A program made the position numbers and the translations under genes. The notes under the pieces are model-generated. The model was not told the origin of the DNA. It saw only the letters and a list, made by a program, of their open reading frames with translations, and searched no databases. DNA of 64,000 nucleotides, taken from positions 8,148-72,147 of the forward strand of contig JBGFSC010000033.1 of NCBI GenBank assembly GCA_041694815.1, given 5' to 3'. Below, in pieces: positions 49,239 through 62,700 of the stretch (positions are counted from its first letter, which is position 1; every line of letters begins with the position of its first letter). Source of the DNA: Elusimicrobiota bacterium. Its GTDB lineage: Bacteria; Elusimicrobiota; Elusimicrobia; UBA1565; JACRDR01.

Positions 49239-49270
49239 CCGGGGTCGCGCAGCTGGAGTTCCCGTTTCCG

Positions 49271-49335
49271 CCCGGCCTTGACTGGCTATCTTCGGGATAG
49301 AGGGGTGAGATAGTCAGCGAGGCCGGGCCTTTTAT
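49271..49335 (+). terminator. intrinsic terminator / riboswitch expression platform
   Basis: Imperfect long hairpin cccggccttgactggctatc...gatagtcagcgaggccggg followed by cctttt. Confidence 0.45.
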
Positions 49336-49864
49336 GGGCAACGGGAGGCGCTTGAAAGGGAATATCGAGGCGGCTTGGGCGTACTGCGGATGGACCGCGT
49401 GGCTCGCGGTCTGGGGGTATTGCCTCCCCGCCCCCGCGTACGCCGAGCCGGCTCCGGTGGGGTTAGAGGCCCAAGGAGTCGATCCTTGGGCCGCTTTGCA
49501 TAGTCGCGACCTGGACGTGCGTGACGCCTTCAATCGCCCGGTATCCAGGCGCCTCATCGAGGGCCAAATCAAGGCGGCATCCTCCGGGGCCCGGGATTCG
49601 GTCTCATTTTTCTCCAGGCTTCCCAAGGCGCGCTCGGTGCTGGTCTCCTTGGAACGGATGCTGATAGCCAGCTGCGGCCTGGCGGCGCCCTCGCCATGGT
49701 CCGGTTTACGTATCGCCGTCACTTCCTGGCTGTGCCGCCCGTCGCCCAAGATCTCGGTGTTCTGGGCCTTCCTGAGTGTCGCCTCGGCTGCCGCTGCGTC
49801 GATTTCGCTGGTCGTCATGCAACCCCGCAAAATCGCCTCCCCCGCGCCGGTCCTGCGCTGTTAA
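49334..49864 (+). CDS. hypothetical ORF immediately downstream of the riboswitch terminator
   Basis: Only sizeable + strand ORF between the riboswitch and the HEAT gene. High GC3 fits coding. Hydrophobic N-terminal segment. No family recognised. Confidence 0.25.
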   Translation: MGNGRRLKGNIEAAWAYCGWTAWLAVWGYCLPAPAYAEPAPVGLEAQGVDPWAALHSRDLDVRDAFNRPVSRRLIEGQIKAASSGARDSVSFFSRLPKARSVLVSLERMLIASCGLAAPSPWSGLRIAVTSWLCRPSPKISVFWAFLSVASAAAASISLVVMQPRKIASPAPVLRC

Positions 49865-49963
49865 TTCCCGTAAAAGCCCCGTAACAAGTTCCCTGTACAG
49901 TTGTTGAAGTTTTGCCGCTCGAGCATTCGGTTTGACGTGGAAAACGAGGAGGAATTTTAAGCC

Positions 49964-50737
49964 ATGCCGTTTTACGCGCGCGCGCGCTTCTATAGCGTCC
50001 TGATGTGGATCGCCGGGCCGGCGCTTGGGGGTGATGTGCTCCAGAAAGAACTCGGCCGCATGTCCGACCGAAACCCCGCCGTTCGACGGCAGGCGGCCGC
50101 TCGGCTGGCTCATGCCGAAGGGCGCTCGGCTGCGGCGGCGCTCGAGTCCGCCCTGAAGGATTCCGACGCTTCCGTCCGCCGCGAGGCCGCGCTGGCCCTG
50201 GGCCTGCGCGGGTCTCTGGGGTCCGCCCAAGTCCTGATCTCCTGCCTCAAGGACCGGGACGCGCAGGTCCGCCAGGGCTGCATCCGGGCGCTGGGACTGA
50301 TCCGGGCACCCCAGGGGGTCGCACCGCTGTCTTCGGAGCTTAAGCGCGGGGACGCGCATGAGAAGGCGGCGGTCTTGGAAAGCCTGGGCCATATAGGCGG
50401 CCCCGAGGCTTTCGGCGCCGTCCGCGATGCCTTGAGCGCCTTGCGCGGGAACCGTCGCCGTGGAGCGCCTATCGATCAGCCCCTGATGCAGGAGGAAGAG
50501 GCGATCCGGGCCTTAGGCAGGCTGGGCCGACCCGAGGGAATCCCCTTGGCGAAAGAGGGACTGAGCTCTCCGGACGATCGCATCCGCGCGGTTTCCTGCT
50601 TGGCACTGGCTCGGATGGGCGACGGCTCCGAGCGCCTGCGCTGCGCGGCCCTTCTGTCTCATCCGGACCCGTTGGTCCTCAAGGATGCGGCCGAGGCCTT
50701 GAGCCGGATGGAAGCAAGGGAGAAGGCGCGGGAATAA
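49964..50737 (+). CDS. HEAT/PBS-lyase-like repeat protein
   Basis: Repeated D(S/A)xVRxxAxxALGxxG units (NPAVRRQAAARLAHAEG, DASVRREAALALGLRGS, DAQVRQGCIRALGLI, DDRIRAVSCLALARMGD). Stop lies 1 nt before the giant ORF start. Confidence 0.55.
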   Translation: MPFYARARFYSVLMWIAGPALGGDVLQKELGRMSDRNPAVRRQAAARLAHAEGRSAAAALESALKDSDASVRREAALALGLRGSLGSAQVLISCLKDRDAQVRQGCIRALGLIRAPQGVAPLSSELKRGDAHEKAAVLESLGHIGGPEAFGAVRDALSALRGNRRRGAPIDQPLMQEEEAIRALGRLGRPEGIPLAKEGLSSPDDRIRAVSCLALARMGDGSERLRCAALLSHPDPLVLKDAAEALSRMEAREKARE

Positions 50738-50738
50738 T

Positions 50739-53700
50739 ATGGCACGCCCTATCGCCCTGCTGGCCGGCCTTCTTCTGGCGCCAAGCTTTTGTTGGGCGGT
50801 CCCTCAGGATATCTCCGGCGGCATCTCCACCGCCGAACCGGGCTCGAGGAAGGTATTCTATCACGAATCCTATGATCGGACATGGGTGTTCTACCAGAAC
50901 AGCTTAAGCAAGTTCGCCTACCAGTCCTACGACGGGGTCAACTGGACGGCAGACACCCAGGTTTTTCCGGCGGCGGATGTTTCCGCGGCCGGCTGCACCG
51001 GAACCCCGGGCCCCGTGGGTAGCATCTGGTATGTCGCTTCCTCCACCCGCGTTTATGCCATTGCTGGGGAGGATTCCGCGAACGAAACCAACGACAATAC
51101 CAACGCCAACTATCCCAACAAGGTCTATTTGCGCCGCGGAGACTTAAATTCGGATGGGACGATCACCTGGGGCAGCGTGGCTTGCCGGGCCCGAGACATC
51201 ACCTTTGACGGCGGATTGGGGGATTATCTGGCGGGGATGTCCGTGTCCATCGCGGTTCCCGAGGATGAAACCGCAAACGGCGGCAACAACCTCATGTGGG
51301 TGGCTCATTTTAGGCGCAGGACCACCGTTTTCCGCCAGGCCCCAGCCGGACAGAACCAAATCACGGCGGCGACTCTGGGCGGCGGAGTGGATTTGCAAGA
51401 CGGCCACGCCCTTCAAGAAGCCAGCAACGCCAATGGCTTTGAGAGCGTGGTGCCTATCAACGATGCCGGGACCTGGAAATTCTTGGTAGGCAATAATGAT
51501 CGTTCCGATCAATCGGATCCGATCGTAGACCGTTTTGTAGTCAGCGCCGCGGCCCGGGAGCTTGGCGGAGAACTCGACCCTACCGGTCCCGGGATCAACA
51601 ACAACGCCTACTCCGTCTCCTTGGCTCCCGAGGGGGCCTCCTCCATTGTCCATGCGGCCTATGTCGACAGCAGCGGCCGTATCGCGTATCAAAGGCGCAC
51701 AGGCGCGGGGACCTGGGCCGCGGCGATCGTGGTGGATGCTTGCGCGGCGGTCAATAGCTCTCCGTGCAAAAATCCGTCCGTGGCTTATGTGCCAGACCCC
51801 GCGACCTTTAATAGGGTGTATATCGTATATCTTTCCAGCTACGGCGCCGTCAATTATGCCGTAGGCCCGGCCACCGCCACGGCAGCCGGAGAATTCACCG
51901 TCATCCAAGGCTGGCAGTCGAGCGGATCGAATCCGATCGTTCCGGTTAAAAGCACGGCCCCGGCGCCGCTGGCGGTCGTTTGGAACGACGCCTCCCCACA
52001 AGCCAAGATCGACTTTATCATCACCTCCGGATACGCGTCCCCGACTGTCAGCTCGGTGGCCGAAAGCCCCGGCAAGGCCTGGTTAAGCTCCAACAAATTC
52101 GATCTGTTGATAACGGGGTCCAACTTCCTGGATCTGGGAGGCACGAAGAAGCCAAAGGTCAAGCTGTTGGAGAATGGAGCGGATCAATCCGCTATCACGG
52201 TCACTTCCACCACCTTCGTCAATGCCAGCACTCTTCGGGCTTCCATCGTCCTGATCGCGCCGACGACCTCCTATGACGTGAGGGTTATCAATCCCGACGC
52301 GAAGTTTACCGTGTTTCAGGACACGGTGACCATTTCGTCTCCCACCCTGAGCTCTCTGACGGATGCAGACGGGAACATTCTTTCCGGAGGTATTTTCCCC
52401 AACAATAACGGTACGACCGCCATGACGCGGGATGTGACGGTCAACGGTTCTAACTTTCAGAACTGGGGCTCCAGCGTTCCCAAGGTCTCCGTCGTTTCAG
52501 GGATTTCCTTATATGCCATTACGGGCCTTAGCAGCAACTCGTTTGTCGCAAGACTCAAGATTTCAACGACGACGGTTGCCGGCACCTATGCCCTCACGGT
52601 TCAGAATCCGGACAATCAATCCGTGACCCAGTCCTCCACCTTTACGGTGACCCGGCCCTCGGCCACTATCAACTATCCCATCGAAGGCAACGGCCTGCTG
52701 GGCGGATTTACCACGGGCTTTGCCACCCTCAACGGGGTGGCAGACTATGATACCACGGGGGACGGCCTGGGGGATTCGGTCGCCGGGATCACTCAAAATA
52801 CATCGGATATACGCATCGTCTCCCTTGGAGGCGCCGGTTGTCCTGCAAACGGCTATCTCTGGAACGGAAGCGGATTCGCCGCGCCCGGGAGCTTCGCGGA
52901 TCAGGAGCAGGAGTGGCAGGCGGCCAGCGCCCCGAGCCCGTGGGCGTACTCCACCCTCAATATGAATCTATTCCAAGCGGTCGATACCGAAGGGTGTCCC
53001 TTCCGGCTGGAATCCCGGGGAAGGAGCTCCGATGGGGGGCGAAGCATGGCTTCCGGAGCCGGAATCGTCACCCTGACCATGGACCGCAAAAGGCCGGTGA
53101 TCGATGTCACCTCTCCACCGGGCGGCCAGATCATCAATACGGCCGATAATATTTTCATGGTTTTCAGCGATGTCTCCGGAGTCAAGAAAGTGGAATTCAC
53201 GCTCCAGGCGGATACCGAAACGGCCCGTTACTGGACCGGATCCTCCTGGACGGCGAACGAGATGTGGCTTTCCACCCCGGCCAGTCCCCAGATGCAGTTC
53301 AACCCTCCCACCGCCAGCAACAATGTCACCATCAGGACGATAACGGACGATCTCAAGCGCCCGGCCTGGGTGGATGGATGGAAATATCGGATCAAGGCCA
53401 GGGCCACCGACCGGTTGGAGCAATTGGGTTATGCTCCCGGCGGGGCGTCTGCCCCCACCGAAACGGTGTTCTTCTACGACGTTTCGGCTCCTACGGTGAC
53501 CTTGGAGTCTCAATGGCTGAACGTCTCCACATGCACCGTGGCCTCCGGTTGCGCTACCAGCTGGAAAAGGTCCGTCCCGTCGATCGGCGGCGGCATTTCC
53601 GACAATGTTTCGATCCTGGAGGCGATCCACAACCCCAACGTCAAATTAAGGATTTTCGACATCACCGCCACCAACCTTTACCTGGACACCGGCACCTTGA

Positions 53701-56700
53701 GCTTCACCAACATCGCGGCGGGCAACGCCTGGTTCGACGCCAAGAAAAGCGGAGGCCATGCCAATTGCAGCGTCAACGGCAGCGCCGGAACCTGGAATTG
53801 CAGCTTCAGCGCGGTGCCTGTCGGCGGCTCCTGCGGGGCGCAGGGAGGGCCCGGCTGCGGCTGGCAGAATGGCCGAGAATACCGCATCGAGGTCTACGGG
53901 TTAGACGGGGCCGGCAACTCGACCGGCACGGCGGCCAGCCCGCTGTTTACACGCTATTTCAAATTCGACGCGGACAATCCCACGATCACGATCGACTATC
54001 CGATCGAGGGCGGTCTCTACGGGCTCAACGGGACCAACGACCCGCGCGGAAGCTCGGGCGATTCCACCAGCGGCGTCGACTATGTCGAATACCGACTGGA
54101 GTATCCGGGCTCGGGCGGCCTCACCAAATGGACCAAGGGCGTGACCGGATCCTGTTCGGGCGGAGCCAAGGGCCCCAACGACTGGTGCGACCAGACCGCC
54201 GCGATCTGGAACATCGCCGGCACGACCACGACAGTCCCTTATGCCGTCTGGCACGCCTCCGAGGCCACCAACGCCGGCAAATGGGTCAACGGCGAGCAAT
54301 ACGCACTGATCGCGCGCGTCGTCGACAAGGCCGGCAATTTCTCGGTGACTTACGCCACCGTCACCTTCAAGCTCGACTCCTCCTCGCCCGTCGCCTCGGT
54401 GAGCTTTCCGGGCGCCTCCACCTTCTTTAGCGCCCAAATCGGAGGCGTCAATGGGTTCGTCCAGGATTATCCGTTGACCACGCGGCAAAGCGGAATCGAT
54501 CTCATGAAAATCGGCATCCAGCGCTTGGGCGACGGCTTCTGGTGGAATGGGGCCTCCGGCTGGCAGGCGACCCGCAATGACCCGGCCCAAGCAGTGGTTC
54601 AGGGCAGCCCCGGGGAAAACACGGCTTGGAGCCACGCGAACTTCGGAGGGTTCTGGAGCAATATCACCTGGAGCAGCGAGACCTTCCGCGTCTATGCCTG
54701 GGCGCAGGACAAGGTGGATCAGCCGAGCTCCGCCTACCGCAATGTGGAGTCGTCCCAGACCTTGGATCAGACCTTCTATTATGACGTCATGTCCCCGACT
54801 TCCTCGGTCATCGCCCCGATCAACAATCAATGGTACAGCGCCGTCTCCGGCTACGACCTCTCTTATATATTGGGCACCGCCACGGATCGTCCGGCCTCGG
54901 GGCCGGGCTCGGGAAACACCATCTTCCGGGCCTACGCGGAGATCCGCTATCCTGACGACGGCGATGCCAACAAATGTTGGGGCGGCACGGCTTTCGACAA
55001 GCAATGCTATCAGGACGGAGGCGCCACCTGCGGCTCGGCCGCCTCCAGCTGGCAAGAAATGACGATCTCGGGCAGCTCCTGGACCTTTCCGGTCCAAGCC
55101 GGAGGAGGGGCTTTATGGACCGCCATGACGGACGGCAAGACCTATCAGGTCCGGGTCTGCTCGCTCGACAACGCCGCCGACAGCACGGGCGCATCGAATT
55201 TCAGCAGCCGGAACAAAGAAACGAACTTCACGAGCAACGTCAACGAGAAAAGCCTGCGCGTCGACAAGTCCGGCCCGAGCTCGCTGATCCAATCCCCGAA
55301 CCAGGCGGAGGTCTCGATCCTGACGACGATCAGCGGGACCGCCAGCGACGGCAATAGCGGGATATTCCATGTCCGGGTGGCGTATTACGGCGAGACGGAA
55401 GCCAATTGGTGGAACCCCGTCACCCGGGCCTTCGACCTGGGGGGCGCCTCCTCCAATCCGCCGGATTCCGCTTTCATCGCCGCCTCCACGCAGACGTTAA
55501 ACCCTGTTCCTTGGGAGGTCAGCGGAGCTTCCATTCCCGCCATGGTCAACGGCCAATTCTACCGCATCTTCGCCGCGGGCCAGGACCAGGTCTCGAATAC
55601 GACCACCTTCCCCGGACATGGGAGCTACACGAATCCGCCGACCCAATCTTCCTTTATAAGGATCAAGCGCGTCGCCGCCGCCCCGACCTCGGCCATCAAT
55701 GTTCCCGGAGCCGGAGAGCCCCATTACAAGCCCAGCGGCGGACAGTCGCTGACCTCGATCTCCGGCTCGCTCGCCGACGCCACCACCCTGCAGATCCGCC
55801 TGACGAACGTGAGCGCCGAACCGGATCAGGTATGGACTGGGGCCTCCTGGGTGTCCACCGTCACGTATCTGGCCGGCTGCACGAACACGACCTATGTCGT
55901 CGGGCAGTCCACCTGCGGTTTCATCGGCGCCGACAATACGACATGGTCGGAAAGCGTCAGCGCACTGCCTTGGCCCGCGGGAACCAACCGCATCCAATGC
56001 GAGGCGCGGGCGGCCACGGAAAGCCCGCTGGTCGTGCAGAACGAGCCCTTCCCCTCGCGGCTCTTCGTTATCGACGGCGATAATCCCAACAATACCCTGA
56101 CCGAACCTAACGCGGCCTATGAGAGATGGCTCTCGACGATCACCGGCATCGCTACGGACATCGGCTTGGGCGTCATCTCGAACGTGGAAATCGCCCTCTC
56201 GACCGCCAGCCAGTCCAGTTATTGGAACGGCTCCGGCTCCTGGGTGGTAGGGCCGGCGATATGGCTGGGCGCGACGGCAAATTCTCCGCCCTTCGATTCC
56301 AATAACGAAGCCTGGTCGCGTTCCTCGGGCCTGCCGGCGTTCGAGAACAACAAGACCTACGAGATCCAGGTCCGCCTGACGGAGAAATCAGGACGGACAT
56401 TCCTGTTCCCGCAACCAGGGCCGACCTTCAATTTCACGATCGATACGGCCTCCCCGACCGCGCGCATCCTCGCCCCGGTCGTCAACTCGGGCATCCGCAG
56501 CCTGCCGCAATTATGGGGCACCGCGGCCGATAACGGCCAGAACCAGAGCGTGCAGATCGCGATCCAGAAGCTTTCGGCGACCCCGCTCTGGTACGACGGC
56601 GCGGACTTCCTGGTGCCCGGTTCCAATCCCAACTGGATCTTCATCCAAAACGGTATCAACGGCTTTTTGTCCGCGGACGCGACGAGCTGGACCTACGCCC

Positions 56701-59700
56701 CGGCGGGTGTCGACGGGGATTTCACCGGGGGTTTCGAATATCTGGTGCTGACGCGCTCGACGGATGTGGCCGGCAATATCCAGGATACCTTCGCCGCGGA
56801 CGTTTCCTCGCGCGTGATCCGCATCGACAAGAGGGCGCCGGAGTCCTACGGATCGTTTCCGGTCGACGATGGCGACGGCGCCAGCGGGCGTTATCGTTCA
56901 TCGCTGGTCGGGCAGACGGGGAATTCGACCCATATTCGAGGTACGGCCCAGGACCCGGCCGAGGGGAGCACCCCGTCCGCCGGCGTATTCGCGACACAGC
57001 TCCGTCTCTCGTATTTGAGCGGAGGGACCTCGTACTATTGGACCGGGACCACGTTCAGCTCCTGGACGGTGACGCAGAATTCCGCCTGGAACAGCGCCCT
57101 GGTGACCGGCAGCGCCCCCACTTGGAATTGGGATTACCTCGTCAATATCGACTTCAACGAGGTCGACGGGGCCGCGCAGCCCGCCGTCGACCGCGAGTAC
57201 CGGCTCGAGATGCGCTCCGAGGACGCCTCCCGACTGGCCGACGGAAGCGGGGCCGGCAATGTCGAAACGCCATCCAATCCGCCGGCCGACACCCTCCATT
57301 TCATCGTCGACGATTCGACCCCGGCCGTGCTTATCACCACGCCTTCGGCCGCGGCGCTGGGCTCCTTGAGCGAGATCTCAGGCACGGCCGCCGCCGCCCT
57401 TTCGGGCCATCGAAGGACGGAACTCAAGATTTCGACGGGCACCGGGGCTAGCACCCGCTACTGGACCGGTTCTACGTGGACCGCCAACGAGCATTGGATC
57501 ACGACCGCGAGGCTTGGCCAGAGCTCCTGGACCTACACCGTGCCGGCCAACCTATTCGACGGCGATCTTCCGCTGACCGAATACACGTTCATCGCGCGTA
57601 CTCTCGATTACGCGGGCAACTATTCCTCGCTGTACTCGACCAAGACCCTGGTCCATGACGACGTCGCTCCCTATGCGGCCGTCGGATTTCCCATCTCGGG
57701 AGGCTTCTACAACGCCGCCGGGATCGTGACGAGCTCTGGCAGCGTCTCGGACAGCGCCGCCGGGAATACGGGAATCACCGATGTTCGGATCGTTTTAAAA
57801 CGCGTCGACCCGCCGGTCGGATATTGGAAACAATCGGATAATACCTTTCCGCCCGGCATCCAGCGATCGACGGTCAATATTTTCACTAGCTCGTGGACCG
57901 TCGCGATGCCTGCGCTATTTAGCAACGTCAGCTACCGTATGTGGGTGGAGGCCACCGACGGCGCGGGGAACATCTACTGGGCCAACGCGAACGCCTCGCA
58001 GGCCGCGGCCGACACGGACATCGGCAATAATGTCGGGGGGGTGCCCTTCCTCTACGATAACGATGTCCCGCTATCGGTCACGACCTCTCCCGCCAACAAC
58101 GCCTTAATCCGCTCGCAGCTCTCGGCAATCGCCGGAACGAGCATCGACGGCCTGGGCTCCTCGGGACTGTCGACCTCCGCCGGAGACCAGTTCCGCTTCC
58201 GCCTGCTGCGCAGCTCCGGCCCCCCGGGAAATTACCAATATTGGCAGGGAGGGGCTTCTTGGGGCAGCGTGGCCGATTTCTTCATCACCCCCGTTGAGAT
58301 TGACGCCGCGAACAAGAAATTTTCGTGGATCCAGGCACTTCCCGCCGGGGCCTTCCTGGATGACGGGCGCGAATATAAAACCCGGATCCGCGCCCGGGAC
58401 CAGGCCAACAATACGGAATCGGAGAAGGAATACCGCTTCATCTTCGACAGCTCCGTACCGGACAGCAAGATTACCTCCCCCGCGCACGATTCCTTTATCA
58501 ATGCCACCGCCTTCACGATCTCCGGCACGGCCGATGATCGCATCAATTACGGCCAGGGGCAGGATTTCGAGGCCGGTTTGGCCGTCAACGGGGCCTCCGT
58601 GGCCGTGCAGCGATTGAGCGACAATCAATGGTGGAGCGGTACCGCTTTCAATCAAAGCTCCCCTTTCTGGAGTTCCGCTACCTTTGTCGGCGCTTCCTCG
58701 GGGACCTTCAGCTACGCGATCACCCTCACGGCCGATACCAGCTATTACGTGGTCGCCAGGGCATTGGACCTGGCGGGCAATCTCGAAACGGATCTAAGCA
58801 CCAACACCTTCACCGTCGACCTCCAGAACCCCACCTCCCGGTCGACCTCTCCGACCGGGACGCTCAACCAAATGACGGCCATCTACGGCACGGCGAGCGA
58901 CCTGCTGCCGGGCCAGCTCGACGGGATTCTCCTTAACATCGTCCAGACGGCCGGGACTGGCTCGCCTCAGACCTGGACGGACACGGGCTGGACGGCGGGG
59001 GACTCGAGCATCTGGGTGGGCACCGGCACGATCGGCGCGCTCATCACCGGAACCACCTACGCCTGGAGCTTCTCCGGCAGCACGATCGCCTGGCTCGCCG
59101 ATTCCAGCTATAAGGTAAGCACCCGCGCCCGGGACAAGGCCGGCAATTACCGCCCGATTCCCGGCAGTCCGGATATCACCTTCTCGCTCGCCGGGCCCTT
59201 ATCCGGCATCACCACTCCGAGCAACGGCGCCCCGCATTTCAAGTCGGCGGCCCTGACCTCGATACTGGGCACGGCGATCAATTCCTCGACCGCCGCCGTG
59301 CGCCTGACCCAGGCCGGCCCGGACCATGCCTTCGCGGTGGGCAACGACGATCTGGCCTGGCATAGCGGCTTGGGCTGGGTGTCGACCAACACCTTCAACG
59401 GCTACATCGGCGTGACCAGCTACAACGGCGCCCCCGACCCGGACACCTGGAGCTATTCCTTCTTGGCCGCCAACTGGCAGAACAATCGCAAGTACAAGGC
59501 CGAGTCCATAGGCCGCACCCTATCGCCCGCCGTGGACCAGAGCGTGTTCACGGGAGCGGAGACCCGCGAGTTCATCATCGACGATTCCGCGCCTTCGGCG
59601 GCCGTCACCCTGCCCAGCGCGCTCTATTACCGAGCCGGGCAATTGCCGAATTTCACCGGCACGATCACGGATACGGTCCCCGGAGCGGCCAATTCGGCCA

Positions 59701-62700
59701 GCGTGCGCTTTAGGCTCTTGCGCATGAAGGATAGCTACGAGTGGAACGGTTCGACCTTCGCGGCCTCCGGCATCGACCTCGTCCCGACCGATCAGGGCGG
59801 GGGCAATTACAGCTTCGCCAACTCCACCGGCGACGCGGTGTTCGAGGACGGCCTTCTCTACAAGGTGCGCATCACCGCCCAGGACCTGGCGACGAACCAG
59901 ACGGTGGTCGAGCAGCCCTCTCCCAACGGGTTCCGCTTCGACGTGTCCAAGCCCACGGCGACGATCAGCGTCCCCAAGGCAGGGTATGTCATCAATAGCC
60001 TGCCGCAGCTCAGCGGCACGGCGGCCGATTTCATGTCCGGTTCGGGCAATTATCAGGGCTCCGGGGTGTCCGGCGTGAATGTCTACCTGCAGAACCTGGC
60101 CAACGGCAGCTATTTCAACGGCTCGGGCTTTTTGAGCGCGACGCCGGTGCCCTTGGCGGCCTCCTTCTACGCGCCGAGCGGCACCTGGACCTATACCTCG
60201 GGATCGCTGGAGTCCTCGCTGACCGACGGGCTCTACAGCCTCTACGTCGAGGCCGCCGATAACGCGGGCAATGTCCAGGTGAATTTCACCGCCAACAACT
60301 CCTCGAGGACCTTCGCCATCGACAAGACGGCGCCGAGTAGGGCCATCACGACTCCCGTGTCCCAGGCCTATACCCCCGCGGCGATATTTTCCGCCAATGT
60401 CACGGGCACGAACACCGATTCCGTGGTCAACAGCACGGCGGCCGGGGCGGATTTCGTCGAATTGCAATTGTGGTATGTCGTCGGGGTCAGCAGCTATTAC
60501 TGGAGCGGCTCCTGGAGCACGACGATCAGCACGCTGCAGGCCTCCGGCGCCTCCTGGAGCCTTCTGGCCCAGCAGCCGCCTCAGACCGGAGCCAACAGTT
60601 GGGCCCGCGGCGCCGACGCGGTGGATACCGAGCGGCGCTATTACGTTCGAGTGCGGGCGCATGACAAATCCACCCTCGGAGACGGTTCGGTGAGTCCTTC
60701 TACGGGTAATGTAAGCAGCTGGAGCTCGCCGCTGGGATTCATCGTCGACCCGATCCTGCCTGTCTCCTCGGTGACGACGCCTTCCAACGGCAGCTTCGCC
60801 AGCGCCCTGCCCTCGATCTCGGGCACGGCCGACGGGGGGCTTTCGGGTCTCGGTTCCCCCGGCGGGGTGGTGGTCCGCATCACGACCAACCCGAGCACCG
60901 GCCCGGACTGGAACGGAAGCGCGTATTCGTTCACGGGGGTGCCGATATTCCGTTCCGTGACGGTCACGGGCAACAGCTGGTCGTATCCGGGATCTACGGG
61001 AGACAATTTGACGGGGGCCTTCCAGGACCATAACGTCTACTACGTCTATTCGAAGGCCACCGACGGCGCCGGAAATCCCGAGTCAGGCATGTTCGTTTCC
61101 ACCGTCACCATCGACGCCTCGGCGCCGAGCTTGTCGATCAGCCATCCGAGCACTCCGCCGAACCCGCCCTTCTATTCGAACAACACCGAATCGACGCGCA
61201 AGAGCACCTATACCTGGGGCGCAATTTCGGACCCCGCTCCCGTGCCTTCCGGCGTCACGCAGGTCTGGGTGGCGATTGCCTCCGGCTCCTCGCTCAATGT
61301 TTGGTGGAGCACGACGACCAACAGCTTCAGCGTCAATCAAACCGCCGTCCACTGGTCGACGCAGGTATACGTGCCCGGCGCCGCGCGCTGGGAATATTAT
61401 CCGCCCTGGACGCTTTCGGACCAGATCAGCTACAAGGTCTTCGTCCGGGCCAGCGATGGGGCAGGCAACTGGACGGGCAACATCGTCAATCCCGGCGATG
61501 CCGGAGAGCTCTCGCAGCAGTTCAAGTACGACATACTCCGCCCCACGGGCACGGTGAGCGGTCCGGCCAACGGGAGCAACGTCAAATCCTTGGCCGCCTT
61601 CTCGGGCAGCGCGGCCGACCCCGGCGGCAGCGCGGGCTCGGGCATCCAGATCGTCTATGCCGGCGTGAAGAAGACCTCGGTGATCCCGAACGAATGGTGG
61701 AACTGGGGCACGAAGCAATTCGATTCCGGGCTCAGCGATCCTCCGGCCCTCTCCCCTTTAAGCGCGGCCTGGACCCAGGTGGCGACCACCAGCGCCCAAG
61801 GCTTCAATTCCGTCGGCTGGTCGACGCCGGTGCCGGTGAATATGCTGGTGAGCTCCAACACCTACCAGGTGGTGGTGGCGGCCGTGGACTGGGCGACGAA
61901 TCGCCCGCCGGACGCTGAGCCGACGCTCTCGGGAGCCGGCGCGAATTTCCGCTACGACACCCAGGCCCCGGTGGTGGCGGCCACCTTTCCGGTCAGCGGG
62001 CTGGCCTATAACGCGGCGAGCCTGACTCCTCTCGCCGGCACGGCGGCGGACAACACGACGGGCAATTCCGGAGTGCAGAGCGTCCAGATCTTGCTTAAGA
62101 ACAGCGTGACCAACTCCTATTGGAGCGGCAGCGGCAATATCTTCGATGCCCCGCCTTCCGGCTATTCCAATTGGGTAACGATGAGCGGCAAGGAAACCTG
62201 GAGCCGCTCCTGGCCGTCGCTCGACAGCAACGTCAAATACATCCTGTGGGTGCGGGGCAGCGATAACGCTGTCAACATCTCGACCTACCCGGCCTACCCG
62301 GCCGATCAGGGCCGGCTCGACGCCAACCAGAACATCGACGGCAGCGTGGCGATCAACTTCATCTACGACACCGACCCGCCGGTGTCCAAGATGACCTCGC
62401 CCCAGCCGGGGGCCTATATCCAGAACCCGGCCGTTTTGGCGACCGTCTCCGGCACGGCCTATTCAGACGTCGCCAACGTTTCGGGAGCCTCCTATGTCGA
62501 CCAGGTGCGGCTCAATCTGTATTGCTCGGGCTGCGCGGCGGGCGATGTGCCGGGCTGGTGGACGGGAGGCGGTTGGAGCACGACGCAGCCCGATCCGCCG
62601 CAATTCGCCGCCTCCGGACCGCCTGGCAGCCCCTCGGTCAACTGGAGCTTTAGCTTCTCGAACAGTTGGGCTGAGGGCTACCAGTACATCGTCTACTCCC

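Noticed and set aside
49140-49335. 6S RNA (ssrS) or SRP/tmRNA/RNase P RNA as identity of the structured RNA downstream of purA
   Set aside because: 6S RNA is one long interrupted helix with a central bubble. This RNA instead has two adjacent internal hairpins inside an outer stem, with GEMM-specific CAAACC, GNRA, CGCAAAGC and UACCG motifs. No tmRNA tRNA-like ends, SRP domain IV or RNase P conserved regions are present.
49081-49830. 249-aa minus-strand ORF spanning the riboswitch region
   Set aside because: It overlaps a promoter, a structured RNA and a terminator on the + strand. Its translation is Ser/Arg/Pro-rich without motifs.
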